From Raillietiella orientalis (taxonomy: Eukaryota), in contig JAYWIR010000045.1 in the NCBI GenBank assembly GCA_036172245.1, positions 186,001 to 250,000 of the forward strand: a stretch of DNA of 64,000 nucleotides, given 5' to 3'. A program made the position numbers and the translations under genes. Below are positions 1 through 11,156 of this stretch, piece after piece; the first letter of the stretch is position 1; every line of letters begins with the position of its first letter. Below the pieces are notes generated by a model. It was not told the DNA's origin and did not search any database. It saw nothing but the letters and a program-made list of their open reading frames with translations.

Positions 1-2340
1 TCAGCTGGTGGCAGTCCTGTCCATCCTCTTTAGGATGTCGGCAAGGTCTTGCTGCATGCTATTTTCCAGGCAGGACATCGCATTGCTATCCTGATGAAAA
101 GGACGGCGAAGTGGATGGCATCCCTATCGCTGGATTCTCCCGTTGCTTTGCTTTAAGTAGCGACGATCCCGAGTAGGCAGCCCAGGGCTGCCAGCGAGGC
201 CTCCGGCGTCGCGAACGAAGAAGGGTTTCAAAGCATCTCTGGAGTTGCCTCCGCGAGTCCCAGGGTCACGTCAAAGCGCTCTCACAGGGACCGGAGGGCA
301 ACACAGTCCACTAGCAGGTGGGGAAGGATTCATGTTCCCCGCACCTGACACAGTTGGGGTCCACACTCCCCAGCGTCCAGTGATGCCGGTGGGCGTTGCA
401 CGGGAGATCCCCGAGCAGCACCAACAGGACGCCGACTCCTGCCACTTCAAGGGGAGCGTGCGGATGTCCACGAGCACAGAAGACCACTTCAGATGTTCCA
501 AAGGAACAGCCAGTAGCTCTCCCTAGCGCAAGAGTCCGTGGATGATGTCCTCGGGGTCGCAGCGTCGGTAAGCTGGCCCGTCTGCCACTCACCAGTCCTT
601 TCTCCCTTTCGGAGATGTTCCCTTTCACAGCGCTGCGGTGAGGAAAGTTCTTCCTGCCCACGTGCTTTCTGAGATCCTCCAGGATCTCTCGGGCTGTTGC
701 GCGCGAACAGGAACCGGCTCACCTGTTCCGTACGTTGCTCCTCGCCCGCGAACAGTTTCCTGTAACCAGGCACTACCGTTCGCAGGGCGGTAGGAGATCC
801 ATCCCTCGTTCTCCCTTGTTAACTTGTCCACTCGCCAAAGCTGCAATCCCAGCGGCAGATGTGACGGCGACGGAGTGCAACAAAGGACGCAAGCCCCACG
901 TTGCCGGTGGCTTGTTCGACGAGGAGGCGTGCAGGGTCGCATCAGGTGGTGCTCCAGAGCTTCGCCGCAAGGGCAAGTATCCTCAACTAGAGCTGAGGCT
1001 CCAGCCTCTCCAACGTCAGGAAGATGAGGCGGCCATCACGACGCAGAGCGCACAAGTCCTTCAATCGGACTCGGGATCTCCTTTTGCTCCAAAAAGCGAT
1101 CCTCAGGAGGTCCTTGGTCCACTTTTTTATCTACTGGATCGGGGAGCAAACAAAGGGCAGAGGGCGGAAGAAGAGGATGCTTCACACAGCGGCCCGTTCC
1201 TGCAGTTCAAACCTGCCTCCCTGGAACGGGCCTAGAGATGTCCGCTTTGAAGATGAGCTCCTGCAGCTGGACCTCCGGTTTGCTCTTGACGGTTTGCTGG
1301 AGAGGACTTCCCCCGGTCTGGTGCACGAGCAAGGTGCGCTCGTGCACTAGACCAGGAAAAAAGGTGCTTTTCCAGAAGAACTCGGGAAGATTCTCTTGGC
1401 AGTCGCAAGCCCGCATCTCCAACCGCCTCAACACCTACCCCAGAGGGAAGAGTTGAGGGGATGACAGGGAAGAGGCTGTCGAAACGCCGGTGTGAAGTCG
1501 CAGCCTCTTCGGTCTAGAAGATGCGAGCAGCCTCGGGACACACTCGCCGATCCCATCCTCTGATTTTGTCTTCTCCTCTTCTGCTCCTGCCTCCTCCCCG
1601 AATGCGTTGAGGAAAAGCTGCGGCGCGAATTCAGGAAGCTTCTCCCACTTGTTCAGAGAGAGCGCCGCTTCTAGAAACTTCCCGTTTTTCCCACCTGGGA
1701 TTCCCTAAATAGAACAGCCACGATGACCGGCTGATGGCTTATAGCATGACCTCTGTGACATCCTCACGCTATCTGGACCTTCCGCGCTAGCTTTCCAGGT
1801 GCCCATCAGTATTAACCTTGTGGGGTCGTAACAACTTTCGAACTTGGACCAGAGAATGGTTCAAACGGAGTCAAGTTCTCTTCCTTGTCATGACCTTTCA
1901 GGGTCCATCAGCCGAGAGTTCACATCAAAACCCCACTCAAAAATGCAGCCCACACACCGCAATCCTACTCATGCCAGAAGGACGTTTCAAAGTCCTCTAG
2001 AACAAGGTCGCGATGTCACCTTGTCGCCTATTCAAGATGAAGGGACTACTGCGCTGTATGTACACCCCTCTAAAACAGCTTCCCTCTAGCTAGAGCAGCA
2101 GATTCGTACGCAGCATCCCATCATCCTTTCTCTTGTGAACGCGGTCCCACTATTCCTTAGACACCGGAGACAAGAAGCGAGGCCTTTTCTCCACCGTTTC
2201 CGCCAGAAGAGCTGAACCGGTTCATTCTTCAGAGAAAGTAAATGATCCGCAACGATGATGGATCTCTCAAAGAAATTGGACAACTTGGGTCTCTTAGAGC
2301 AAAGGGTCCTTCTCCAGCAGTTCCCTAACATGAAGAGACG
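1..2340 (-). mobile_element. Decayed L1/Tx1-like LINE ORF2 fragment (RT to zf-RVT), runs off the window start
   Basis: Minus-strand ORF pieces (LPLKWQESA, LPCNAHRHHWTLGSVDPNCVRCGEHESFP, ENEGWISYRPANGSAWLQETV) are homologous to the ORF at 5444-7147. Many frameshifts; 1500-2340 is much more degraded. Confidence 0.8.
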
Positions 2341-2949
2341 TTGAGTTCCACGTGCGTGTCGTCCGAGTCGATGAGCACAAAGGAATACGACGCAACTTTC
2401 TCTTTTTTCTAAAAAAAAAGAAAAAATTTTCTTTTAAGCGTTCTCTGCTTACTCGGCACGCATCCGTTTTCTTTGTTTACTGCAGGACGCAATCACTACA
2501 GACAACCGCAAATTACGGATACTTCCTCTCATGTATATTTGATACAGAATAATCCCCAGTACTCGTAAAATAAAGCAAAAACATTGAAAAACTTTTCGTG
2601 CTCCAAAAGTTAGCATCGAAATGATGAGCGAGAACGCCGTAACAGCGAAACCAATAACACTTCTTCGTGACGTCTTACGAGAATTCTCAGGTAGACTGCA
2701 GCAGACTTATGTAAAGAAGAAAAAAGGCGATAGTGATCAAGGAGATTGCTCATCGAGTACTAACTTCATAGGTAGTTAAAATACATAAGCAAGTAATGCA
2801 TGACCTTCCAGCATTCAAACAAGGACAGCATGCGTACCGGACGCAAATGCCATCTATGTTCCCAACAAGGAACTAAATTGAGAGCACGAAATATTCTGTG
2901 ATCCTGGAAGAAATTAGCCTCTCTTCGCTAAAACTCAGCGGAAGGAAAC

Positions 2950-4456
2950 ATCCCGAATGCATTCTGCTTCTCTCCCACTCCTCCTGTCCACTTTCAGTAT
3001 CTATAGGAACCATCTTCGGTGTGCTGCTAGGGCGAACGCCCTTCCAACACACCGCCGGCAGCCACCCATGTCGTCCCTCATACAACCGCTACCCACCCAC
3101 ACGGGGCAGCCCACCAACCTATGGCATCCCCCTCGAATGACGACGGGCGCTCAGCACATTCCATGCTCCCCATCCCTGCTCCCGCCCACCGAACCCGCGA
3201 GTCCCGCCGCAAAGGTGACCAACGCACCCTTGAAAACCTTCCGGACGTCACGCCCGTATTCGCGCCTCCGCCATCGCAACGCGCCCGCTCCACCCTCTCG
3301 CCGCGCTACCACTCCCCGTCCCACCGCGGACAACTAACGCCCTCGGGAAGATTCCGCTCGCACCTTCCCATCGTTCCACTTTAGCATAGCCGCGTCTCGC
3401 ACCGAAACCGTGAGCGTTCCTTCCGCCAACAGGCATTCCCGTCCGCCCAGAGCCTCCAGAACAGTCCCCCGCAATTCCTTCGCTCCCAGCCAAACTTCTC
3501 CTCCTCCTTCCCATCCAAACCCTTCTTCCTTCCATCCTCCACCACAGCCTCCGTCTTCCGCTCCACGCTTTCCGGCTGCCTCGACTCCCGGCGCGTGTCT
3601 GCACACCAAAAACGCCCGCCCGTCGCCGACTCCCCCGTCACCAAAGCAACGCAGGAACAGCCATGACGAATGCTCTCCTTACCGATGTGTAAGCGCCGAC
3701 GCGCGCACCCTTCCCCACCGTCTCCTCGACGGGCCGGCGGACATCCGCAGCCGACGCCTCCTTGAACGTGGGAAGCAGCACGCTCTTCCACCGGATTCCC
3801 CAGGACTCCTCCCCCGTCGCGCGAAAGTTTCTCTTTCCCGTCACCACCGGCGCGCCTATCGCCCGCCCCCCTCTTCCCCGCCTGGTTCCGTCCCCACCCG
3901 CCCGCACCGACTCCGGGAGTCAGGCGGTCCGCGGGCACGGCAGGCGCGGCGGCTAGCCCCCTGCCATCTGCCGACACCCTTCGCATCTCGAGCAGCGTGT
4001 TGCACTCTCCCTTCGCTCGGAGGCAGCTCCGTCGCCCTCCCTCGACTCGGAACACATTCCTCCTTCTTCCCCCAGGATCCCCTTCAGCAGACCCGCAGAG
4101 CGCCGACCTCTCGCGGGGTCACCGAGGTCATCCGCGTCGCAACGAAATTCCTGGACGTTCGCAAGGCGAGCCGGAAAACGGGACCCCAGCGGAGCGCGAG
4201 CGACCAGCCCTCCCCTTGCCCCCAAGGTGCCGCACCCCCCCTTCCTCGCAATCTCCGCGCGCCGCCAACTCCTTCAGGAGCCATACGTCCGCTCGCACGA
4301 TCACCCTCGGCGGGAATCCAGGATCCAGGCAGGAAGACGGGAGCCATCCTCCACTGCATCCGACCTCTCCATCATTCCGCCCACGCAGCAGCAGCCTCCG
4401 CTTCACCGGCGGAGCCAAGCGCGCGGGTGGCGATCGCCGCCGACGTAAGCGAGGCC
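2950..4456 (+). repeat. Left arm of a 1.45-kb GC-rich inverted repeat (partner 41724-43228)
   Basis: 2999-4400 is the reverse complement of about 41778-43179 with roughly ten differences by eye. The ORF track gives near-identical translations on opposite strands (3381..4055- vs 42123..42797+). Confidence 0.95.
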
Positions 4457-4599
4457 ATTTTCGTCTGTAAACTTGCAGACGAAAACCACGCCGAAGTCCC
4501 TTCCGTTCCCGTGCATCGCGCTGGGTGTTTCCACGTTCGACGTTACGCGATGACCGTCGCCTGGCCGAATATCGAGCCGGGACCGAGCGCCAAGTCTGG

Positions 4600-7413
4600 C
4601 AATCCGGGCCGCTCATCTTTCTGGACCACTAGAGCCGTGAGCACTCGGCCCCGGTTGCGATATGGCACCTCGTGCGGAGGTTTTGTTCCTCCCTTTACGC
4701 CAGGTACCCCCGGAACGGGACGCCTCGCGAATGTTGCTCCCGGACGGAGCCCCGGCCATAGGGGAGGAGGAGAAGGAAAGCCTCGACGAGCCTTTTACGA
4801 CCGGTGAAATTTTCACCGCGATTAAAGGGCTCAAGAGGCGTAAGGCAGCAGGGGAGGACGGCCTGCCCGCGGAGTTTTTTCAAAGCTTCGCGGCAGAGTT
4901 GACCCCTTGGTGCACAGGTTGACACAGCCGATCCGGGAAGAAGGCGATGTTCCCGCCTCGTTCCGGTCAGCTAGGATGAGGCTCCTTCCTAAGGGAGGAG
5001 ACCTCCGTAAGCTAACCAACTGGCGTCCGATCACTGTCGTGAATACGGACGTCAAGTTGGTGGCGAAACTGTGGGCTGCGCGGCTCGGACAGGTAGCCGA
5101 ATCCGTAATTAGCCCGGAGCAGACTTACGCTGTTCCCGGGCGAAGTATGGAGGCTAACCTGTTCCTCGCCAGCACATGGTTTCATGTGCAAGAAGAAATA
5201 AAAGAACGCAAGGGATCTCTCGGCAACCCCAATCTAAGGGTGACCGCTGGTCAGGGTGGGGACAGCCGGGCGGGCAAGGGTGCCCTAGCGATCGCAGTCG
5301 ATCTCCATAAGGCGTTCGACTGCGTGGACCAGGAGCTTCTCCTGGAGCTTCTGCATCACATAGGCTTCCCTCCTACATTAACGGCGTACCTGCGCTCCTG
5401 CTGGTGAGCCGCGTTAACAAACATCTCTTTCAGAGGGCAGAACGTGTACGGCGTGCCGGTGCGCCGCGGGATTCGGCAGGGCGATAGCCTCAGTCCCCTG
5501 CTCTTTAGCACCTATTTCGAGTTGATGCTGAGAGCATACAGGATGACTTTGGCTGCCTTGCCAAGCTCGTGCCCCGGCACGCCTGCCGTGTCCGCATATG
5601 CCGACGATCTCCTGCTACTGCTCCCAATGTCCGCCCCGGCAACGGCAGTCGAATATTTCTTCGACCTGCTAAGCCGTGGGACAGGGCTACGGGTCAACAG
5701 GGCAAAATCGTCGATGGTGGCAGTTGGAGCGACGTGGGTAGGACGGCCTGACTGGATCCGCCTGGGGATCCCGACTGACACACATCTGAAGTACCTTGGC
5801 GTTCCGCTGGGGGACTTCTGCCCGTCAGAAGCATGGTCAGGCCGTCTTCAGAAAGTGGATTTGGCGATCCGCCCGTTCCTGGAGGGCAAGTTCCACTTGC
5901 CGGAACGGGCCGCAGTATGGAACGCTTTTGCGGCCACCATCCTTCGCCCCCTACTTTTTGTTTGCCCCGTCCCCATAGAAATAAAAAAGAGGACAAAGGA
6001 CCTCCTGCGCATCGCCCTTTGGGGCAAGGGGAGGCCCCGAGTCCCTTTGATGGACTTGTGCCCTCCGCGTCGTGATGGTGGTCCAGGCCTCCTGACGCTG
6101 GAACGCATGGAAATTCAGCTGCGATGCCGAACCTTGGCCATCGCAGCCAAGCTGTGGAGCACCCCCTGGTATGTTCCTGCCCGCCTCCTCGCCAGACGTG
6201 CATCCGGAACCGGAGGACTCGCATCTCTTCTGTTATGTCGTGGAAGGAAGACAAGAAGATGCGGCCTTCTCCTCGGACGAGTAACCACCCTGGCGAAGGA
6301 GAATGCGCTGATGATCTGCAGCCCCGTCAACTCCAGCGCATGGCTGGAAGAAACAGTTGGTACGTGGGCGGTAGTGAATCAGAGGAGCCACGAGAGGTGG
6401 AATAGCCTGCGACGCGGCAGATACGCCCGCTGCACTCTACGCGAGATCCTGGAGTATCCAACCAGGAGCACGTGGGCAGAGACGACCTGCCTAGCGACGG
6501 TGCTGCCCTTCCTACGTAGGGCCCTCGTCAGCAGCCGGACGCCGAGGTGGCAAGTCTCTTGCCGTATTGCAGGCAGAGAAAAATTGTTGAGCGGTTGGAC
6601 AATGGGACAGCTGGCAGACGCCACAACCCAGAGCGTCCTTCCGCAAGGACTAACAAAATGGGGCGAGCTGCTCGGCATCAGGACGGATGACCTGAAGTGG
6701 TCCCCAGTGATAACCCAAACAAGGATCCTTCCCCTAAAATGGCAGGAGTCGGCGCTGATGCTGTTGCACTGGGGACTCCCCTGCAATGCACGCCGTCATC
6801 ACTGGACACGGGGAAGTGTGAACCCAAACTGTGCCCGTTGTGGGGAGCGGGAAACCCTCCCGCACCTTTTAGTTGACTGTACTGCCCTCCGGCCCCTGTG
6901 GGAACGCTTCGGTTCCACCTTAGGGATCCTGGAAGGTAGCCTTCCCAGAGACGTTTTTCGGCTCCTCTTCGTGCGGGACGCCCTGCGGCCAGCCGCTGTA
7001 ATAGCAGCTCTCTGCTGCGTGCGCGGTATTGTGGCAGCTTGGAGTGGATCCGAAGAAGCAGAGGATGTGAACGAAAGGGATGCCTTGGAGTATGCAGCTC
7101 GCTTTCTGCGAATAGCATCCCGATGGCCCCACCTGGGAAATCTGTAACAGGACCTCGTCGGCATCCTGCAAAGGATGGAAGCTCCACGCAACGGACAGTG
7201 ATCCCTTCCCGGCCCTCCAACTGACAAGTGTTTTTAATTTTCCTTTTTTTTTTATTTCGGTTTTTCCCCCAACCCCATCCGTTGACGTGGAGTGACAACT
7301 CGGTCTGTGAACCGACCACCCGACAGCTCCATAGAACTATTGGCTGCAGCGGGGCCTTGTACCGCAAACACTGTAAGTTTTCTAAATAAACGCCCCGGCT
7401 TGACCGGGTGAAA
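4600..7413 (+). mobile_element. 5'-truncated L1/Tx1-like non-LTR retrotransposon (copy A1), disabled ORF2 with RT and zf-RVT
   Basis: Motifs PFTTGEI..KAAGEDGLPAEFF, WRPITVVNTDVK, QTYAVPGR, VDLHKAFDCVD, RGIRQGDSLSPLLF, AYADD, VNRAKS, KYLGV, CARCGERETLPHLLVDC. Frameshift near 4910, stops at 5405 and 7145, then T-rich 3' UTR and AATAAA-stem-loop end at 7385-7413. Confidence 0.95.
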
Positions 7414-7672
7414 ACGACCGGTGAAATTAACAACGCGTCACTATGCTCAAGAAGCTCAAGTCGTCAGAGGAGGACGGCCTGCCCGCGGAGCTTTTCCAAT
7501 GCTTCAGAGTTGACCCCTCTGGTGCTGAGGTTGACACAGCTGATCCGAGACGAAGGCGACGTTCCAGCCTCGTTTCGTTCAGCCGGGGTGAGGCTCCTCT
7601 CAAAGGGGAAAGACCTCAGGAGATTAAGCAGCTGGCCTCCGATCACTATCGTGAACACGGACGCCAAGTTGG

Positions 7673-9044
7673 AGGCCTCGTGTGCCTTTAAAGGATTTGT
7701 GCGCTCCACGTCGGGACGGAGGTCTTAGCGTCCTGACGATGGAGCGAATGGAAACACAGCTGCGGTGGCTCACTCTAGCCATCGCAGCAAAAATGTGGAG
7801 CACCCCTTGGTGCGTTCCAGCCCGCCTTCTCGCCAGACGTGTGTCCGGGACTGAAGGACTCGCGTCTTTTCTTCTGTGCCCCGGCCGGAAAATAAGAAGA
7901 TGCGGACTTCTCCTGGGACGCATGGCCACCCTGGCAAAGGAGAACGGGTGGATGGCCTGCAGCCCCGCCAACTCCAGCGCATGGCTGGAAGAAACAGTTG
8001 GAACGTGGGCAAAGTTGAAACACATCAGTGGAGAATCCTGCAACCGCCTGCGCACCGGCATCTACACCCGCTGCACGCTGCGGAACATGATCGTGTGTCC
8101 CGCCAGAAGCACTTGGGCGGAGACGACCCCACTGGCCACGGCGCTGCCCTTCCTACAAAGGGCGCTTCAAAACAGCCGGAAGCCTAGATGGCAAGTCTCC
8201 TGCCGGATAGCGGGCAAGGAGAAGGATCTAAGCGGGTGGACAATGAGGGAACTGGCAGACGCCGCAACCCCAAGCGTTCACCCGCATGGAATACGGAGAT
8301 GGGGCGAGCTGCTTGGCATCATGGCGGATGACCTAGAGTGGCCCCCGTTATTTAGAGACGCATCCACCCTCCCATTCAAGTGGCAGGAAACGGCGCTGTT
8401 GTTGTTGCACTGGGGTCTTCCCTGCAACGCGCGCCGCCACCACTGGACGTTGGGGAACGTGGGACAGAACTGTGCAGTGTGCGGGTAGAAGGAATTCCTC
8501 CCCCGTCTGTTAGTGGACTGCGCTGCCCTCCGGCCCTTGTGGGAACGTTATGCTACGACCCTCCCTATGCCGGTCGGCAGTACCCCCAGAGACGTTGTGA
8601 GACTCCTCTTCGTGCGAGACGCCCTGCCACCAGCCTCAACCCTGGCAGCGCTTTGCTGCCTCCGAGGGATTGTGGCCGCGTGGAGCGCAGCCAACAGAGG
8701 AAGCAGCGATAGGGACGCCATCGTACACGTGGGTCGCTACCTACGAATCGCGATCGGCTGGTCCCATCTGGGAGCTATGACGAGGGACCTCGAGGGCATC
8801 CTGGAAAGGATGGTCTCCTCCTCCAGCGAGCTGTGATCCCTTCCCGGCCCTCCAAATAGTTTCTTTTTGTTATTTCATTTATTTTTCTTTTTGTTTTACC
8901 CCCTATCCCCTCCGCTGCCGAGGAGGACAAGCTGGCCTCAGAACCGGCTTCCTGGCAGGTCCCATGAAATATTGGCCGTAGCGAGGCCTAGTTCCGCAAA
9001 TGTAAAGTGTTTTTTAATAAACGCCCCGGCGTGACCGGGTGAAA
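7673..9044 (+). mobile_element. 5'-truncated LINE copy A3 nested in A2, 12-bp TSD
   Basis: ORFs 7682..8488 and 8513..8836 match the A1 C-terminal half. Exact direct repeat acgccaagttgg at 7661-7672 and 9045-9056. Confidence 0.9.
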
Positions 9045-10802
9045 ACGCCAAGTTGGTGGCGGGGCTGCGGGCTGCGCGTTTGGGGCAGGTAGCGGACAGC
9101 TTCATTAGCTCGGAGCAGACTTACTCTGCTCTTGGGCGAAGCATGGACGCGAACCTGTTCCTCTCCAGCACATGGTTCTATGTGCAAAGCGAAGAGAAAA
9201 GAAATAAGCGAACTGTCGGCAACCTCGATTCGGGGGCTTCAGCTGGGCAAGGAAAGGACAACCGTGCGGGGGAGGGAGCCTTAGCGATCGCAGTCGATCT
9301 GCATAAAACCTTCGACTGCGTGGACGAGGATCTTATTCAGGAGTTCCTGGATCGCATGAGCTTCCTGTCCGCCTTAATGACCTACCTGAGTTCTTGCTGG
9401 CGCAAGGAGATAATCAACGCTTTTTTCAGATGTCAAAACGTGTGCGGCATGCCGGTGCGGCGCGGCGTCAGGCAGGGCGACAGCCTGAGTCCCTTGCTCT
9501 TCAGCACCTACTTCCAGTTGGTCCTGAGAGCGTACAGGGTGACTTTGGCCTCCTTGCCGAGCTCGTGCCCTCGTACGCCTACCGTGTCGGCGTATACCAA
9601 CGATCTTCTGCCCCTGCTGCCCATTTCCGCTCCAGCATCGGCACTCGAGAAGTTTTTCGAGCTGTTGAGCTGCGGGACAGGACTCCGGGTGAACAGGGCA
9701 AAGTTGTTGGTGGTCGGTTGGTGCGACGTCGACTGGAAGGCCTGGCTGGATCCACTTAGAGATCCCACGGGCAGGTACGTGAAGTACCTTGGCGTTTCGT
9801 TGGGGGACTTCTGCCTCGCAGAAGTCTAGTCAGGTCGTCTCCAGAAAGTGGAGTTGGCGATCGGCCCGTTCCTGGAAGCCAAGTCTCACTTGCCAGAACG
9901 GTCCGCGGTGTGGAACATGTTCACGGCCCTCCTCCTCCGACCCCTGCTTTTTGTTTGCCCCGTCCCCGTTGGAAAAAGAATAGGACAAAGGACCTCCTTG
10001 TCATCCTCCTCGCATCGTCCTGTGAGGCAACGGGAGACCCGAGTCCCTTAGATGAACTGGTGCGCTGTGCGCTCCGCGTCGGGACGGCGGTCTGGGCCTC
10101 CTGACGCTGGAGCGGATGGAAATTCAGCTGCGATGGCGAGACTTGGCCATCGCAGCGAAGTATTGGAGCACTCCTTGGTGCGTTCCGACCCGCCTCCTCT
10201 CTCTCCGTGTATCCGGGACGGAAGGGATTGCTTCTCATCTTTTGCACTCCGGTCGGAAGATAAGATGCGGCCTCCTCTTCGGACGCATAGCCACACTGGC
10301 AAAGGAGAACACCTGGATGGTGTGTAGTCCCTCCAACTCTAGCAAATGGATAGAGGAAACAGTTAGCACGTGGGCGAAGCTAAACGAGAAGAATAACGAG
10401 ACATGGAATTGCCTGCGAGTTGGCCCCTACGCCCGCTGCCCACTGCGGAAGATACTCGAATGTCCCGCCAGGAGCATGTGGGCGGAAACGACCCCCCTCG
10501 TGACGTCGATGCCCTTTCTAAGAAGGGCGATAGGCAGCAGCCGGACACCGAGGTGGCAGGTCTCTTTCCGGATCGCAGGCAGAGAGAAGTTGATGAGTGG
10601 TTGGACCATGGGATAGCTGGCGGACGCCACGACCCCGAGCGTCCTTGCGTGTGCACTACTGAGATGGGGCGAGCTGCTCGACATCCCGACGGATGTTGAA
10701 GGAAACGAGGATCTTCCCCCTAAAGTGGCAGAAAACGGGGCTCCTGCTGTTGCACTGGGGTCTTTCCTGCAACGCGCGCCGCCACCACTGGACGTTGGAG
10801 AG

Positions 10803-11156
10803 TTCTCACCCGGTCACGCCAGGGCGTTTATTAATAAACACTGTACATCTGCGGTACTAGGCCCCACTACGGCCAATAGTTCATGGGACCTGCCAGGAAG
10901 CCGGTTCGCAGACCGGCTTGACTCTCCTCGGCAGCGGGGGGAGATAGGGGGTAAAACAAAAAGAAAAATAAATGAAAGAAACAAAAACAAAAGAAACTAT
11001 TTGGGGGGCCGGGAATGGATCACACAGTCCGCTGGAGGAAGAGACCATCCTTTCCAGGATGCCCTCGAGGTCCCTCGCCATAGCTCCCAGATGGGACCAG
11101 CTGATCGCGATTCGCAGGTAGCGACCCGCGAGTACGATGGGGTCCCTATCGCTGCT
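10803..11156 (-). mobile_element. Short LINE 3'-end copy A4 inserted antisense into A2, 13-bp TSD
   Basis: Reverse complement of about 8702-9044 (MARDLEGILERMVSSSS shared). ggacgttggagag is duplicated at 10790-10802 and 11180-11192. Confidence 0.9.

Noticed and set aside
3410..4807. 465-aa ORF, plus ORFs 41746..42768-, 40116..41432- and 12042..12983+
   Set aside because: P/R/S/A-rich with no domain motifs and several overlapping open frames, as expected in very GC-rich DNA. The two IR copies differ by a frameshifting C-run indel, and the first ORF crosses into a LINE out of frame.
4907..7147. Prokaryotic RT system (retron, DGR, group II intron)
   Set aside because: The motifs, zf-RVT knuckle, 5' truncations, TSDs and nearby spliceosomal introns indicate a eukaryotic non-LTR element.
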